Made by a program: the position numbers and the translations under genes. Below, one piece after another: positions 40,570 to 54,489 of a DNA stretch of 64,000 nt (position 1 is its first letter; each line of letters begins with the position of its first letter). The stretch is from Eledone cirrhosa (lineage: Eukaryota). Under the pieces are notes generated by a model. The model ran no database searches. It was not told the origin of the DNA and was given only the letters and a program-made list of their open reading frames with translations. The DNA is taken from NCBI GenBank assembly GCA_964016885.1, contig OZ024754.1, forward strand, positions 26,226,001-26,290,000. Direction: 5' to 3'.

Positions 40570-41065
40570 GCCACCACTACCACCACGACTACCATCACCA
40601 CCACTACAACCACCACTACCACCACGACTACCATCACCACCACTACAACCACCACTACCACCACGACTACCATCACCACCACTACCACCACGACTACCCC
40701 CCCTACCCCCCTACCACCACCACTACAATCACCACCACTATCATCACCACCACTACCACCACGACTACCATTACTCCCACTACCACCACCACTACAATGA
40801 CCACCACTACCACCACCACTACCATCACCACCCACTACCACCACCACTACCATCACCACCACTACCACCACTACTACCATCACCACCACTACCAACACCA
40901 CTACCATCACCACCACTACCACCACCACTACCACTACCACAACCTCTACCATCACCACTACCATCACCACCACTACCACCACCACTACCATCACCATCAC
41001 TACCACCACCACTACCACCACCACCACCACCACTACCATTACCATCACTCCCACAACCACAACCA
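40570..41065. repeat. (ACC/ACT)n microsatellite
   Basis: Read directly from the sequence. Confidence 0.95.
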
Positions 41066-41274
41066 TTCCATTCGTGGCTCTACCACTTCTGATATTCTCT
41101 AAGCTTTCAATCAATTATCATGATAATTGATTTTCGGAAATAATATCTTCTTCTTGTTGTTTTTTTATGAGTTGATCTAAGGCTAAATGTATTCCATCGG
41201 TGACCATCCTGTCGTTGACTAGAGTGTGGTTGTGCATTGTAGAAGAAAATTGACATGAATTTTGATAATTGCTA

Positions 41275-41428
41275 GAGAGGGAGAGGGGGGAGAATGGGAG
41301 AGAGAGAGCCTGGATAAAAGAGAGAGAGAGAAAGAGAGAGAGCCTGGAGAAATAGAGAGGGAGAGAGAGAGCCTGGAGAAAAGAGAGAGAGAGAGCGAGA
41401 GAGGGGGAGCGAGTGAAGGTGCCTGAAG

Positions 41429-41464
<36 letters not shown>

Positions 41465-41604
41465 GAGCGAGTGAAGGTGCCTGAAGAAAAGAGAGAGAGA
41501 GGGAGAGAGAGAGAGAGGGGGGGCGAGTGAAGGTGCTGAAGGAAGAGAGAGAGAGAGAGCAAGTGAGAGAGCCTGGAGAAAAGAGAGGGAGGGAGCAAGA
41601 GAGA

Positions 41605-41681
<77 letters not shown>

Positions 41682-41710
41682 TGAGTGAAGGCGCCTGAAG
41701 AAAAGAGATA
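41275..41710. repeat. (GA)n scaffold with repeated GAGTGAAGGTGCCTGAAGAAAA units
   Basis: At least four interspersed units. Confidence 0.75.
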
Positions 41711-42133
41711 GAATGCAAAGTTTGTGTTGCTCTGTTGTAGAGGCTTGTGTGCATCCATTCAAATGTACACTTTTCCTACTTCTCTGTTGCTATTACATGC
41801 ACGTGTAATTCAAGAACACTGACGCATGTTCCACCAATCTTAAATGACAGTTGACAAATGGACATTTCCATTTTATCATTATCTTAATGAAATCATATCA
41901 TAAATGATAGGAAGGATCGAAACTGTACGGCAAAAACAAGTTATCCATTTCAAAATCTTCCATAAACCAGTTCCGAATTAGTAGAGTGCAGTGAATAAAC
42001 ATATTTACCTTTTTCTGATTATGTGAAAAGATATAACTATCTGTATGTGTGTGTATGTATGTGAGAGAAAGAGAAAGAGAAATTGGGTGTTTAGTGAAAG
42101 AGAGAGAGAGAGAGACATTTGTTTGAGAGAGAG

Positions 42134-42181
<48 letters not shown>

Positions 42182-42599
42182 TGTGTGTTTTTGTGTGAGA
42201 GAGAAAGAGAAAGAAATTGTGTTTGAGAGAGAGAGAGAGAAAGTGTGTGTTTCTGTGAGAGAGAGACATTTTGTACTTCTGTTGGTGCTGACGACGAGCG
42301 TTCCAGGTGTTTGACCAACGAAGCAGCCTGTTCGTGAAATTAACGTGAAAGTGGTTGAGCATTCCACAGACACGTTTAGCGTTAACCTAATTCTCAAGGA
42401 GATTCGATTTAAGAGGCTGTTCCTTGGCTTCTGCAAAATCGGCAACTTTATTATACACAACACAAATGGTGGTGCCCCAACATGGCCTCAGCCTATCGGC
42501 TAGAATTTGTAGTAGAGTAATAGGGTAACAACATAGGTCTAACAGAGGAAGTATTAACTCCTAAAACGGATTGGGAAATAATCAGTCTTGAAACTCACC

Positions 42600-42945
42600 A
42601 ATCAAATAGAGAAGGATAGGCTATTACAATCTAAGAAAAGGAAATAACCAAATACCTGATGTAGGCAAAAACACTTGCGTGGAACAAACATCGAAGATGT
42701 CAGCCACATAATTAGCAGCTGTCCAAAGATGTCATCACGATACTATCTACCTATGTGGCATGGTGTAGTGACCAAACCACTATATAATGCAATCCGTAGA
42801 AAGGATAACCCTGAGAATAAAAATATTAAAAGTTACGGTATTCTGGGGTGTGGGGTGGGGGGCGGAGGGGGCATAGGCATAAATAATATGAAAGTGTACA
42901 GGTGGAATGTTCCAGTCAAATCCCCAATAAAATACAAACATAAGT
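42600..42945 (+). mobile_element. R4/Dong-like zinc-knuckle/RLE remnant
   Basis: EDVSHIISSCPK..YY..H.VV..LY..WNVPV..KH. Confidence 0.6.
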
Positions 42946-42949
42946 CCCC

Positions 42950-43545
42950 CCAAAGCACTTGGGATGCCATCCAGTGCTGCTTGGCCTCAGACAGGCTCAC
43001 GCGCCAGCTCGACGAGCACCGCCTTGCCTGTGTTCGTGCGGCCTCCCAACCCTACAGTGGTGCCTGGCTCCATGCCCTGCCCTCCTTCACTGGCACGCAG
43101 CTAGACAACAATAGCCTGCGTATCGGCGTTTCCTTGAGGCTCGGCCTCCGGATCTGCCAGCCACACCAATGTCGCTGCGGATCCACCGTGGACTCTTTCG
43201 GCCTCTACCCGCTTTCCTGTCGCCACAGTGCCGGCCGCCTTCCACGCCATGCCGCCCTCAACGAGGTCATAAAGCATGGCTTGGACGCTGCAGGCTTCCC
43301 TTCCCAGCTCGAGCCGGTGGGGCTGGACCGAGAGGACGGCAAAAAGCCAGATGGCATGGCCATCTTCCCGTTCCGCGGTAGCAAACCCCTCGTCTGGGAT
43401 GCCACTTGCACCGACACTTTCTGCAGCCGCAACCTGGTGCAGTCTGCGACTAATGCTGCACGTCAGACTGAGGAGGCCAAACTCATCAAATACCGGTCGC
43501 TCTCCGACAGGTTTGCGGTTGTACCCCTGGCAGTGGGGCCGAGGA
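42950..43545 (+). mobile_element. CRE-like retroelement C-terminal zinc finger and RLE domain
   Basis: SGAWLHALP, LRLGL, CRCG..D..G...LSC, RHAALNE, KPDG and LVWDATC; GC-rich. Confidence 0.8.
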
Positions 43546-44116
43546 CACCAGAAGTTTTTAAAGTTAATCTCCTTCTCTTCCATTTTCTTTTCGTTTCCTC
43601 ACATGAAGACATGTCACTATCTTAACGCCAATTACCACACCACTCCCCTTTCTTATTATCACTCATTCTTGATGTTATTCCTCACATGGAACAGAAAAAA
43701 AGGTATATACGGTTGTGGAAGTCAGCTGCCCAGCAGATGTCAATATATTTCTAAAGATTAGTGAAAAGGAAAATATTTATGTTGAACTAATGAAGAACCT
43801 GCAGATATTCCACACACTATAATTTTAGATTTGTAGCTGTGATCATTAGGGCAGAGAAATGTTACTAACTACCCCAGTACAAATGTTAAGAAGCTGAGCT
43901 TCACAGAACCAGAAAGAAACCAGCTAATCAGGAAATTGCAAGTACATTCCATTGATAGTACTGTAAAAATATGTAAAACATCTTAAACATTAAGTATGTA
44001 ATAACTACATATACACGTGTATAGGTAGAGAAACATATGCATGTGTAAACATAACTCAAAACATACAAATCCACACATGAATAACATCCATACCTGCACA
44101 CACGCATACACACACG

Positions 44117-44147
<31 letters not shown>

Positions 44148-44185
44148 GCACGCACACGTACACGCACACACACATACACACACAC

Positions 44186-44261
<76 letters not shown>

Positions 44262-44578
44262 ACAACCATTTAAAGGCATACATATTTACCAAGTTGATGT
44301 CTAAATTCTAATGGAAGAGACTTGTTTCTATGCTAGAAACTGACTCTCAATTGGTGAAAATTTATAAAATAATTGTTTCTACTTTAGGCACAGGGCCAGC
44401 AATTAGTCAGTGCATTACTGGTACTTTATTTTATCGACCCCGTAAGGATGAAAGGCAAAGTCAACCTCGGCGTGATTTGAACTCAGATCGTAAAGGGACG
44501 TAACTATGCTGGAAAGCATGGTGTCTGACCCTCTACCGACACTGCCAATCCACCGCCAAGGAAGACAAGCGTATCAGC

Positions 44579-44611
44579 TGCCGTGACCAGGATTCGAACC
44601 TGGGTTACCAC
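44579..44611 (-). pseudogene. 3' fragment of a tRNA-His gene
   Basis: GTGGTAACCCAGGTTCGAATCCTGGTCACGGCA corresponds to the T-arm and 3' acceptor strand of invertebrate tRNA-His(GTG), recalled from memory. 5' half absent. Confidence 0.7.
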
Positions 44612-44877
44612 AAAATAATAAACCAGAATAACATACATATATACATATGAATGTGTATATATGTGTGTGTGTATATATATATATGTGTGTGTACGTATGC
44701 ACACGTACTTTTATGTAACAGCTGTGCTAGAGCGAGAAATAAAATTTTTATTCTATTTCAACATTCGGCAAAGCCTGCCGCAAATCGCTCGGTATGCAAA
44801 TGAGGCTACTCAGCCGATATATACCTAAGAAAATATTATATATTTTCAACCGTTCAACACATTGGCAGAGAGGTATA

Positions 44878-44918
44878 CAGTCCTGCTGACGGGTAATGAC
44901 CCAGAAACATGTTGATTG
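44878..44918 (+). ncRNA. Variant minimal hammerhead
   Basis: CAGTC-CTGCTGA-cGGGT-aatg-ACCCa-GAAA-CATG-TT-GATTG; one core substitution. Confidence 0.55.
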
Positions 44919-45213
44919 TTCCTCAAAGCCAGTGTTCATCAAACAGGTGACGATCGGTCACCGGCACGGCTTCTAATCGGGGCGTTTGTTTACAGACGAA
45001 TCGAACATTATTATTAATGTTAGATATAACCCATACGTACATATGTATGTGTATACACGTGTGTGTGTGTGTGTGTGTATATATACGTACACACACATTT
45101 TTTTCTACACATATATATATATATATATATAGATACAGATATATATGTGTGTACGTATGCATACTTACTTTTATGCGTCAGCTGTGCTAGAGCTAGAAAT
45201 AAAATTCTAATTT

Positions 45214-45296
<83 letters not shown>

Positions 45297-45303
45297 AAAT
45301 ATA

Positions 45304-45489
45304 CGAGGCTCGGTTGAAAAATTCATGGGCTGACCAAGATACTCTCATGGAAAAACGAAATGAAGTTTATTTTTCAACATAGTCCCAGGAAAGAAACAAT
45401 TCAGTTATCAAAAAGATACGCATGCAAGGTATCATAGCTGTAGCATCAGCCCTTCTTATTCAGCCTCTGAACTTTTCAGCTCACCCTCG
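45304..45489. mobile_element. Mariner-type MITE
   Basis: TA|CGAGG..TGAAAA.TTC ... GAACTTTTCA..CCTCG|TA. Confidence 0.7.
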
Positions 45490-46153
45490 TATATTTACAC
45501 ACTCACATACAGAAACAAGAGGATACATTAACATATAATCGTATTAGTTTCATGCTTAAAAGAAAATGAGTAAGTTACATAGTCAACGTATCAGGAAAAA
45601 AATATGTGTGTGTGTGCATACATGAGATTCAACCTGGTTGGAGGCCATCTGAACCTATATTGGTCCAGATGGCCCCCAACGAGGTTGAATCTTGGTTTCA
45701 AATACATAAGGAAGTCTATTTAGTATATATTAGTAGAGTATCAGTTAGACACCAAGTCTTAGATGGATTCCCAAGAGATTTAAAGTGAAATTGTAGGTAA
45801 TCTGTTAATCAATATAGTTTGGTTGTAAATTAATCCATTAGTTACTTCCCCTGATCGTTTGATCTGATCAGAGCAGAGGCATAAACGTTGCCACTCTTGA
45901 AATGTATTGTCTTAATAAGTTTTTCAAGTCTGGTTGTACTTATTTTATCGATCTGATTTGTTGTTGTTGTTGAAACACTAAGTTACCAGACATAAACAAA
46001 CAATTAATGTAAACACAGACACGAACATACAAACACACACACACACAATATACATACACACACACACACACATATATATACACACATATGTATAATTTTA
46101 TACATATATACATAAACACACATACGCACACACACACATACGGGCACAGACGG

Positions 46154-46912
<759 letters not shown>

Positions 46913-47793
46913 ATATATATATACAACATGTGTTCACACTTTCTGTCTATCAAATTTCATTCAAAAGACATTATTCAACCCGAGGCCATGTTAAAAATCA
47001 AATGTTCATAGATTGATAATCGGACTCCTTAAGCACTCAGCTGTACCTGTCTCCATATTTCTTTCATTCATGTGTACTTCTCTAAAGTGACCACAGCATG
47101 GTTGAATGGTTAAAGAGTTCGTTTCGCAATCATTAGGTTCGGAGTTCGTTCCCACTACCATAGCCTTGTTTCGACACAAGCCATCCTAAGAAAACTGGTG
47201 GGAAGCTTGTCAAATGGCTGTTCCTGTAATTTCAAAGTTCCAACTTTGTCGCTAACTATGTTAAACAGAATATCCCTGAGGATTGAGTTAAGGGTGTTCG
47301 TTTTTATGACCGAATCTTCAGCCAATTACACGTTACTTTCACGAACATTTGGAATTACTCATCGTCAAAACCAATTTTCTTTCATTTTTAATATTACTGT
47401 TTAGGCTAAAAAATTTATTTACATGAATTTCCTTACATAAAATATTCCCTTGTTTTGTATAATGGCATATTGTCAAATTCTTCCCCTAAAGTAAAACCTT
47501 GGTGAGTTAATTTAATAGAGTCAACACATTTGTCTCTATTGCAGCCATGTTAATTAATAAAATTCTTTACACAGGAGGAAAAAAATGACAATATACAATT
47601 GACAATATTTTAGAGTTTATGGAAGAACATTTCAATAAATGGAGTTGACTTCTACTTCTGAATGCGTTCATAAGTAAACGGAAAAGTAATATTTCAGAAA
47701 AAATGCAAGACGATCATCTATATATATATATATATATCTATATATATATCTATATATCTCTATATATCTCTATATCTCTCTATAATATATCTA

Positions 47794-47874
<81 letters not shown>

Positions 47875-47876
47875 CT

Positions 47877-50800
47877 TTACGATGGACACATGTGCTGAGC
47901 TCGCTCGGTAAGTTTCGTTTAAATTTAACTGGAAATTGTGAACTGTAAACTTTCATTTTTGAACCATTTTGTAGAGGGACTGCCAGGTCAAATTTTGATC
48001 TGGTCAGTCTCTCAAAATATTCTACGCTTTTAGGCGAAATAGTGTTGTAAACATTTAATATTTCGAAAAATCCTATTTTGATAAAAATGGCTGAAGCATC
48101 TTCACCAAAATTCGAAGGAGGAAAGGGGAAGATAAGCTTACAGCTTCCCCCTGCCACTGTCACAGTAGCAGAGGTAAAAAAGAAAGGTCAGCCAGAGGAA
48201 GGATTTTCTCCACCTGTTAACCGACAACTTGACGTTGCCATGGCAACAACCCAAAGAACCAGCGGCACCAGCAACAACAACAACAATGCGACGGACGAAA
48301 ACAACACCAATAACAATAACAACAACAACAAGACCAATAACTGTAACAACAACAACAATGATAACAACAACACCACCAACTACAACAGCAACACAAACAA
48401 AAAAAATTTCTCCTTCGCTGAGACGGCAAGGAAAACCCTCGACTATCTGCCAGTAGATATAACCAAAGCGAAGGAGCTACTGGCAGATGCCAAAAAATAT
48501 ATAGTGTACGGGGAAAATGGTTCATTCACGATCCATTCCCCCCCGGAACTAAAAAGCCAGAGACTCCTAAACACTGTCATGTTTAGGACAATCTCGAATA
48601 AAAGCAAAAAACCAGCTCAACTATCACAGAGTGAGATAGAGCTGGTTTTAAAAGACGTCATGAAGGACATCACCTTCATTCAGAAGGATAGACTCTACGG
48701 GAGTCTATCCATTCTCATGAAGGACAGGGACACAGCAGTGAAACTGTCCGTCAAACCAATCACATCCACCGCATACACCTTCTACCCTACGTACATGGGT
48801 AGAAGAACACAAAAAATAAAAATCCACACCATCCTGCCGATTATGGACATATGGTGGGTTTTGACAGGTTTCCTGGACCTGGATGATGACATGCTGGTGT
48901 CCATGGGAAAGGCATCGGGTGACGCGTTCAGTGGAACGAGCCTCGAACTTGTAGTTCAAATGAGGCCCGAAAGGATCGCCCAGATCCCTGAACGCGTCAT
49001 ACTGGATGATCAAACTTTCATCAACATTACTGTTGAGGGTAGGCGGCCCTCGTGTTACCTCTGCGGAACCAGAGGTCACCTGAGGGCTGTCTGTCCCCAA
49101 CTTAATAAGAAAACCCCAATCCTGCCTACACTACCAACAACTGCACAACCAACACAATCACCACAACTACCACTACAAAAACAACCACCACAGCTCAAAC
49201 CAAAACAAAACAATGTCCAACCCATCCCCTCCACTCAAAAAACAAAAACAATTTCCAAAACACCCGCACCGCAAACACAACCCGAAAATATACCCCTCCC
49301 CTCCAACGCGGAAGATGACCCTAGTTCGTCGTCAGACGAGGAGGAGCACTTCCACACAACCAAAAGAAAAAAAAGAAAACACACCTCAGACACACAAATG
49401 AAAACAACCCCTCCCCAAAACATAACACTGACACCAACACAAAAGAGCTCACAACAACAGCAAACAAAAAACAGCACACAAAAACAAAAACATGCATACA
49501 CATACATAAACACAAGAAACAAAAAACTGTTAAACATTGTGTACAACAACAATCTAATTAAAACACAAGGGCCTAACTTCACCCAGGCAGGGGATTTCCC
49601 CCACCTCAAAATGATTAAGGCCCCACAGGACACCTATAAAACTTTAAAAAACAATTTTAAAGAGGACGTGGGTCCCCCCTGCGTCGGGCCCATTAACCGC
49701 GTCCTCCTAAAAAACTACCCCACCCCCTCCCCAAACACCCACACAACTCCAAACTCCCCAACCACACAACACACTGATGCCCCTACACTTCCACAAACCA
49801 CCACCCCACCCAACAACCCATCCCCCACCCTAATGGAAATTGTGCAGCCCGATACCCGGGACGCAGAGAGGTAAGTGCCTTTTCTCTTCACCACCAACAT
49901 GGCTATGCTAAGAGTAGGCTGTTTAAATGCGCGTGGCCTGGGCTCAACTTGGAAGCAAGCAATGCTTCTAAATGACCTCAGGTCACAACGTATAGATGTG
50001 ATGGTTATTTGCGAGGCCCGGATCAGCAACGTGCGACAGCTGGCCCCCACCTTTGATGACTTTGAGATGCACGCATCTCTCTGTTAGCCCGGAGGTGGGG
50101 GTGGAGTTGTCGTTCTGCTGCAAAAACATCTGGGTCTCGCAACACAGATGGTACATTTGGACCCGGAGGGTCGACTAGTGGTTCTGGACCTTGGCAGTGG
50201 TAAAGGCGGAGCGTTTAGGTTGGTAGCCGCCTACGGCCCTTTCGGGTCAATGCGGCCGGACTTCTTCCATCGTCTGGAGACTTTTCTAGGGACGTCCCGC
50301 TCCTTGCTATTAGTGGGGGACTGGAATGGTATCCTAGATGCACGCTGGGACTACGTAGGGGCCTGTCCCGATAGAGAGGGGTGTAATAGCCTCAAAGGGT
50401 TAATCGGTCGATTTGACCTGGCCGATAGATATCGACTAGATTTTCCGACTGCGCCAACCTGGACTTGGGCAAATCGTAGCGGATCATCTAGGTCGTACCT
50501 AGATAGGTTCTTAGTTAGAATTAAGGATAAGGACTTTTTAAGTTGTCCAAAAATACGCATGGTTGGCTATTCAGACCACAAGTTAGTGACCTGCATGGTC
50601 AACCTTGACAGAACTCATAGACAGGGACCCGGTTATTGGAAGCTCAACTTGTCCTTACCGGCAAGTAAGGCTTACAGGGACCGGATTAGTACTTTAGTTA
50701 AGGAGCGGTTGACGAGCGCCATCGTCAACAGCAGGTGGTGGGGATCTCTCAAAAGAGAGATTAGAGTAGTCTCTATAGAATTTAGTAAGGAGTTAGCCTC

Positions 50801-50935
50801 AAATAGAAATAGGAAGGAAAGGGAGTTGGTAGATAGTGTAGAAGAGGCAATTAGAAGCGGCGACGTGGCCAGAGTGCTAGCGTCGAGAACGGCCCTGGGC
50901 CAGTTCTTCGACGCGAAACACGAAGGCTGCATTAT
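47877..50935 (+). mobile_element. Tx1/L1-clade LINE 5' half (5' UTR, ORF1, AP endonuclease), 3'-truncated
   Basis: Starts right after (ATCT)n. ORF2 shows GCLNARGL, ICEA, VGDWN, YLDRF, SDHK and GYWKLN, with a stop at 50087. Confidence 0.9.
48087..49874 (+). CDS. Intact Tx1 ORF1 (gag-like, CCHC knuckle)
   Basis: About 595 aa open frame with CYLCGTRGHLRAVC and a KRKKRK NLS-like motif, directly upstream of ORF2. Confidence 0.8.
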   Translation: MAEASSPKFEGGKGKISLQLPPATVTVAEVKKKGQPEEGFSPPVNRQLDVAMATTQRTSGTSNNNNNATDENNTNNNNNNNKTNNCNNNNNDNNNTTNYNSNTNKKNFSFAETARKTLDYLPVDITKAKELLADAKKYIVYGENGSFTIHSPPELKSQRLLNTVMFRTISNKSKKPAQLSQSEIELVLKDVMKDITFIQKDRLYGSLSILMKDRDTAVKLSVKPITSTAYTFYPTYMGRRTQKIKIHTILPIMDIWWVLTGFLDLDDDMLVSMGKASGDAFSGTSLELVVQMRPERIAQIPERVILDDQTFINITVEGRRPSCYLCGTRGHLRAVCPQLNKKTPILPTLPTTAQPTQSPQLPLQKQPPQLKPKQNNVQPIPSTQKTKTISKTPAPQTQPENIPLPSNAEDDPSSSSDEEEHFHTTKRKKRKHTSDTQMKTTPPQNITLTPTQKSSQQQQTKNSTQKQKHAYTYINTRNKKLLNIVYNNNLIKTQGPNFTQAGDFPHLKMIKAPQDTYKTLKNNFKEDVGPPCVGPINRVLLKNYPTPSPNTHTTPNSPTTQHTDAPTLPQTTTPPNNPSPTLMEIVQPDTRDAER

Positions 50936-50949
50936 ACATATGTGTATAA

Positions 50950-52880
50950 TGCAGGATAATGTTTAGGATAGTAGCCCAAGAAGAAGACAGCTTCTCTATG
51001 GCTCTGATAATAATGTCTGGGACTTTAGCAAGTTGGAGAGCCTCTATCATCCAAGAGTGGGGAACAGAATCAAATGCTTTCCTGTAGTCCAGCCAGACTG
51101 TAGCCATATTCCTCCTAAGTTGTCGCACCTCCGACATCGTAGTTTTGTTGATTAGGAGTTGTTCAGCACATCCCCAAACCCCTTTCTTTCCAGCTGCTTG
51201 TTCATCTGTGATGATGTTATTATTTTCACAGTGATCTTGGAGGAATAGGTTCAGGCAGGCTGTATACATCTTATACATCAGGTTCTGGCATGCAATGGGT
51301 CGGTAGTTTTTTGCCAGGTGGGTGTCTTTGTTCTTGGGGACCAGTGTGTTTGTGCTAATGTCAACCATTCTGGTATAAGTGTATCTCCCTTAAGAACTTG
51401 TTGGTAGAGGTCGGTAAGATACCTCTGATAGAATATCAGTTTTTTGTACCAGTAACCGACAATCCTGTTTCTTCCTGGTGTTTTCTTATCTTGGAGTTTT
51501 CCTATCACAGCCTCAAGTGTACCCTCACTTATTTCGTATGTGTAGGAGCAATAGTTCTTTTGAATTTCTTTTAGCTACACTGCATCTTGGTTGAAATTCT
51601 TCTATTCACCCCATATTTTTCTCCAAAAGGAATCTATGTCTTTCTGGGATGGGGCCTCAATGACACTTATTATTTTGCCCTTCATATCTCTATAGACTGA
51701 TGTTTGGTTTCATCTGAATCTTTTATTAAGCACTTTTCTTTCATCTACCTTCTTCAGGTATCGGCGTTTTTCACTAACAGCTCTCAATTCTTGTTTGAGG
51801 GTGATCAGCTTATATTGAAGAGTTGTGATTCTACTGTTACTAAACATCGTCTCTATTTTATTTTTCATTCTTTGTTGGTGAGGAGTGAAGTTTTTTTGTG
51901 TTTGTTTGCATGTAAGGAGCATTATCACATGTCCTATGGTTTTTCGAAGGTCAGCAATCTTTTTTTCTATTTAAGTTATATATGATGGTATTTTTGGTGG
52001 TGTTCTGTTCTTGTTAATATCTCTGCTATCACCAAGATAATGCTTCACTGTCGTTGCTAAGGCATATAAACAGGCGTTGATTTGCCAAAATGTTGGGGTT
52101 TTTATCCGTCGTAAATTTCGTCAATAACACATAATATTTCATTATTTGTTTTTTTTATTAAATATTGTTGTTTTAAAACGTTCAGCAAGAAAAATGTTTA
52201 TACATGAATTAATTTCTCTCTGGAAGATTTCGTTGAGGGAAATTTTCAATTGTTTATACTTTTGATTATTATCATTATCGATAGTATTTTCCACAATAGT
52301 CGAGGTAGACTCGGATGGTACACGTGGTGTCAAATTTCTTCGATTATTATTATTATTTCTTCGATTATTATTATTATCGATAGTGTTTTCCCCAGCATTC
52401 GAAGTAGATTTAGATAGTACACGTGGTGTCAAATTTCTTACAGGCATAGTTGTTTCAAGACGCTGTTCGACCTGGCTGTTAGGAAGTCTAGTAGCATAGC
52501 TACCTGTAGCACATGTTGTTGATTCCATGTTTGTTGTGGGGGACTTACAATTAATAATATTTATCTTATTTTTACGTTCAACAAACGTCGCTTGTTGGCG
52601 TAATTGTTTGGCTGTGAAGTGATTTAGCTCTGGGTGTATTTCGTCCCAGTGTAGCTTCATTCTGTTCATATAGCCAATGGAGAGTTTGTTTTTTGCCATT
52701 TTATAACAATTAAATAAATCATCATTAAGTTCGCAACTCCAAGAGAAATGCGATTTATAATTTCGGTTTCTTCTGTAGCTACAACTGAATAAAGTTTGAT
52801 CACCTTCTTTGTTATTTGTCTTCGATACTTCCTTAATTTTCTTGTTGATGTTGTGTTCAGCCATGCTGTTTGTAGCAAAT
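50950..52880 (-). mobile_element. R4/Dong-like (RLE superfamily) LINE N-terminus and RT, degenerate
   Basis: N-terminal GYMNRMK.HW..HP motif; NYRPIACQN, EQAAGKKG..GCAEQLLIN and WLDYRKAFDSVPHSW. Confidence 0.8.
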
Positions 52881-53116
52881 CCTTGTAAAATGAATTATGT
52901 ATTTAGTCGGATATCTCTACGAATTCGAATAAAAGGTGTCTTCAGTAGATATAGTTAGAAGAATATCCAGTTATTCAATATGACTGGTAGTTGTGGCATT
53001 ACTGTCGGAGATAGTATTCATCTTAAATTTAATGAATAGTCTCCCAAAGTATAACAATATCTGTTTCAACACACGTTTTTAAATAAGAAATCTTGCAAAA
53101 CAAATTAAAAAACGAA

Positions 53117-53150
<34 letters not shown>

Positions 53151-53479
53151 GTATCCGCAGTAAGTTGTGGGGTCTATTCTGCATGAAGAACTCGATGTAA
53201 TCGATATGTTGAAAATGTTGTAGGTTAAGATAAATCTCGGAAAACAATAAAACATTAAAAGGAAAACAGAGTCATGATATAAGTTAAAACAATGAAAACA
53301 GCTGGTGATATGCATGTAAGTAAATATTCTCTTTATCTGATATTTTGTAACTAACCTTACATAAATCAATAACGGAGTATAGCTACAATGTATTATCATC
53401 ATCTAGAAACGATCGTAAAGCAGTGAAGTATATCTCTAATGACTTGATTTTTTATTTCATTGTTTTAACTTATATATAT

Positions 53480-53561
53480 ATGTGTGTGTGTGCGTATGTA
53501 CATGTATATATATATATAATTATTTCCTTTCTTTACAATCATGAAGACAATAATGGCCTTT

Positions 53562-53611
<50 letters not shown>

Positions 53612-53700
53612 AAAGGCCATTATCGTCTCCATGATTGTAAAGAAAGGAAATAATTATATATATATATATATATATATACATGTACATACGCACACACACA
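53480..53700. repeat. Palindrome centred on a (TA)n tract
   Basis: AATTATTTCCTTTCTTTACAATCATG..GGCCTTTCT-(TA)n followed by its mirror image. Confidence 0.9.
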
Positions 53701-54489
53701 TACACACACATACACACACACACACACACATACACGCATATAAAGGCATATTCACCAGACGTAAATGAAATTAGGTTGCGATGCAAATACCAGTGTTTAT
53801 GTAATGCAGGGAAATGCATGACATTGAAAAACGGTAGCCATTACTAACATATTAACTTCTAAACCCATAGAAAAGATACATACATACAGAAAATAGATTG
53901 GTAAACGAATCCAGCTACTGATGCCAAATATAATTACATTATAACACAGGAAACTATGCATGGAAACTATGTTTCTCAGCACAAGACTTTTCATCGCCTT
54001 TACCAGTGTGTCACAATTGTAAACAGCGACATACTGGCTTGACTTTTCTTTCATCATTATTATCGAAACAATTATTATCGAAGGCGGTGAATTGGCAGTA
54101 TCGGTAGAGGGTCGGACGCCATGCTTTGACGCATAGAATTACGGCTTTTGCCATTCTGAGTTCAAATCCCGCCGAGGTTAACTTTGCCTTTCATCCTTAC
54201 GTGGTCGATAAAATAAAGTACCAGTAATACACAGGGTAATTGCTGGCCTTGTGCCAAAAGTAGAAACAATTATTATCGAAGGAGAGAGAAAGAGAGAAAG
54301 AGAGAGAGAGAGAGTGAGTGTAAGAGAGAGTATAAGTGTGTGAGTGATAGAGAGAGAGAGAGAGAAAGAACAAGAGTGTGTGTGAGAGAGGAAATAAGAG
54401 AATGACTGAGAATGAATGCAAGAGAAATTTTTGGTTTTGCGTTTGTGTGTGTCTTATTTATTCTTAAACTATATATACATACATATATA

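Noticed and set aside
53170-53230. Hammerhead-like ATGAAGA...GAAA
   Set aside because: Core and cleavage triplet are both non-canonical and the stems are weak.
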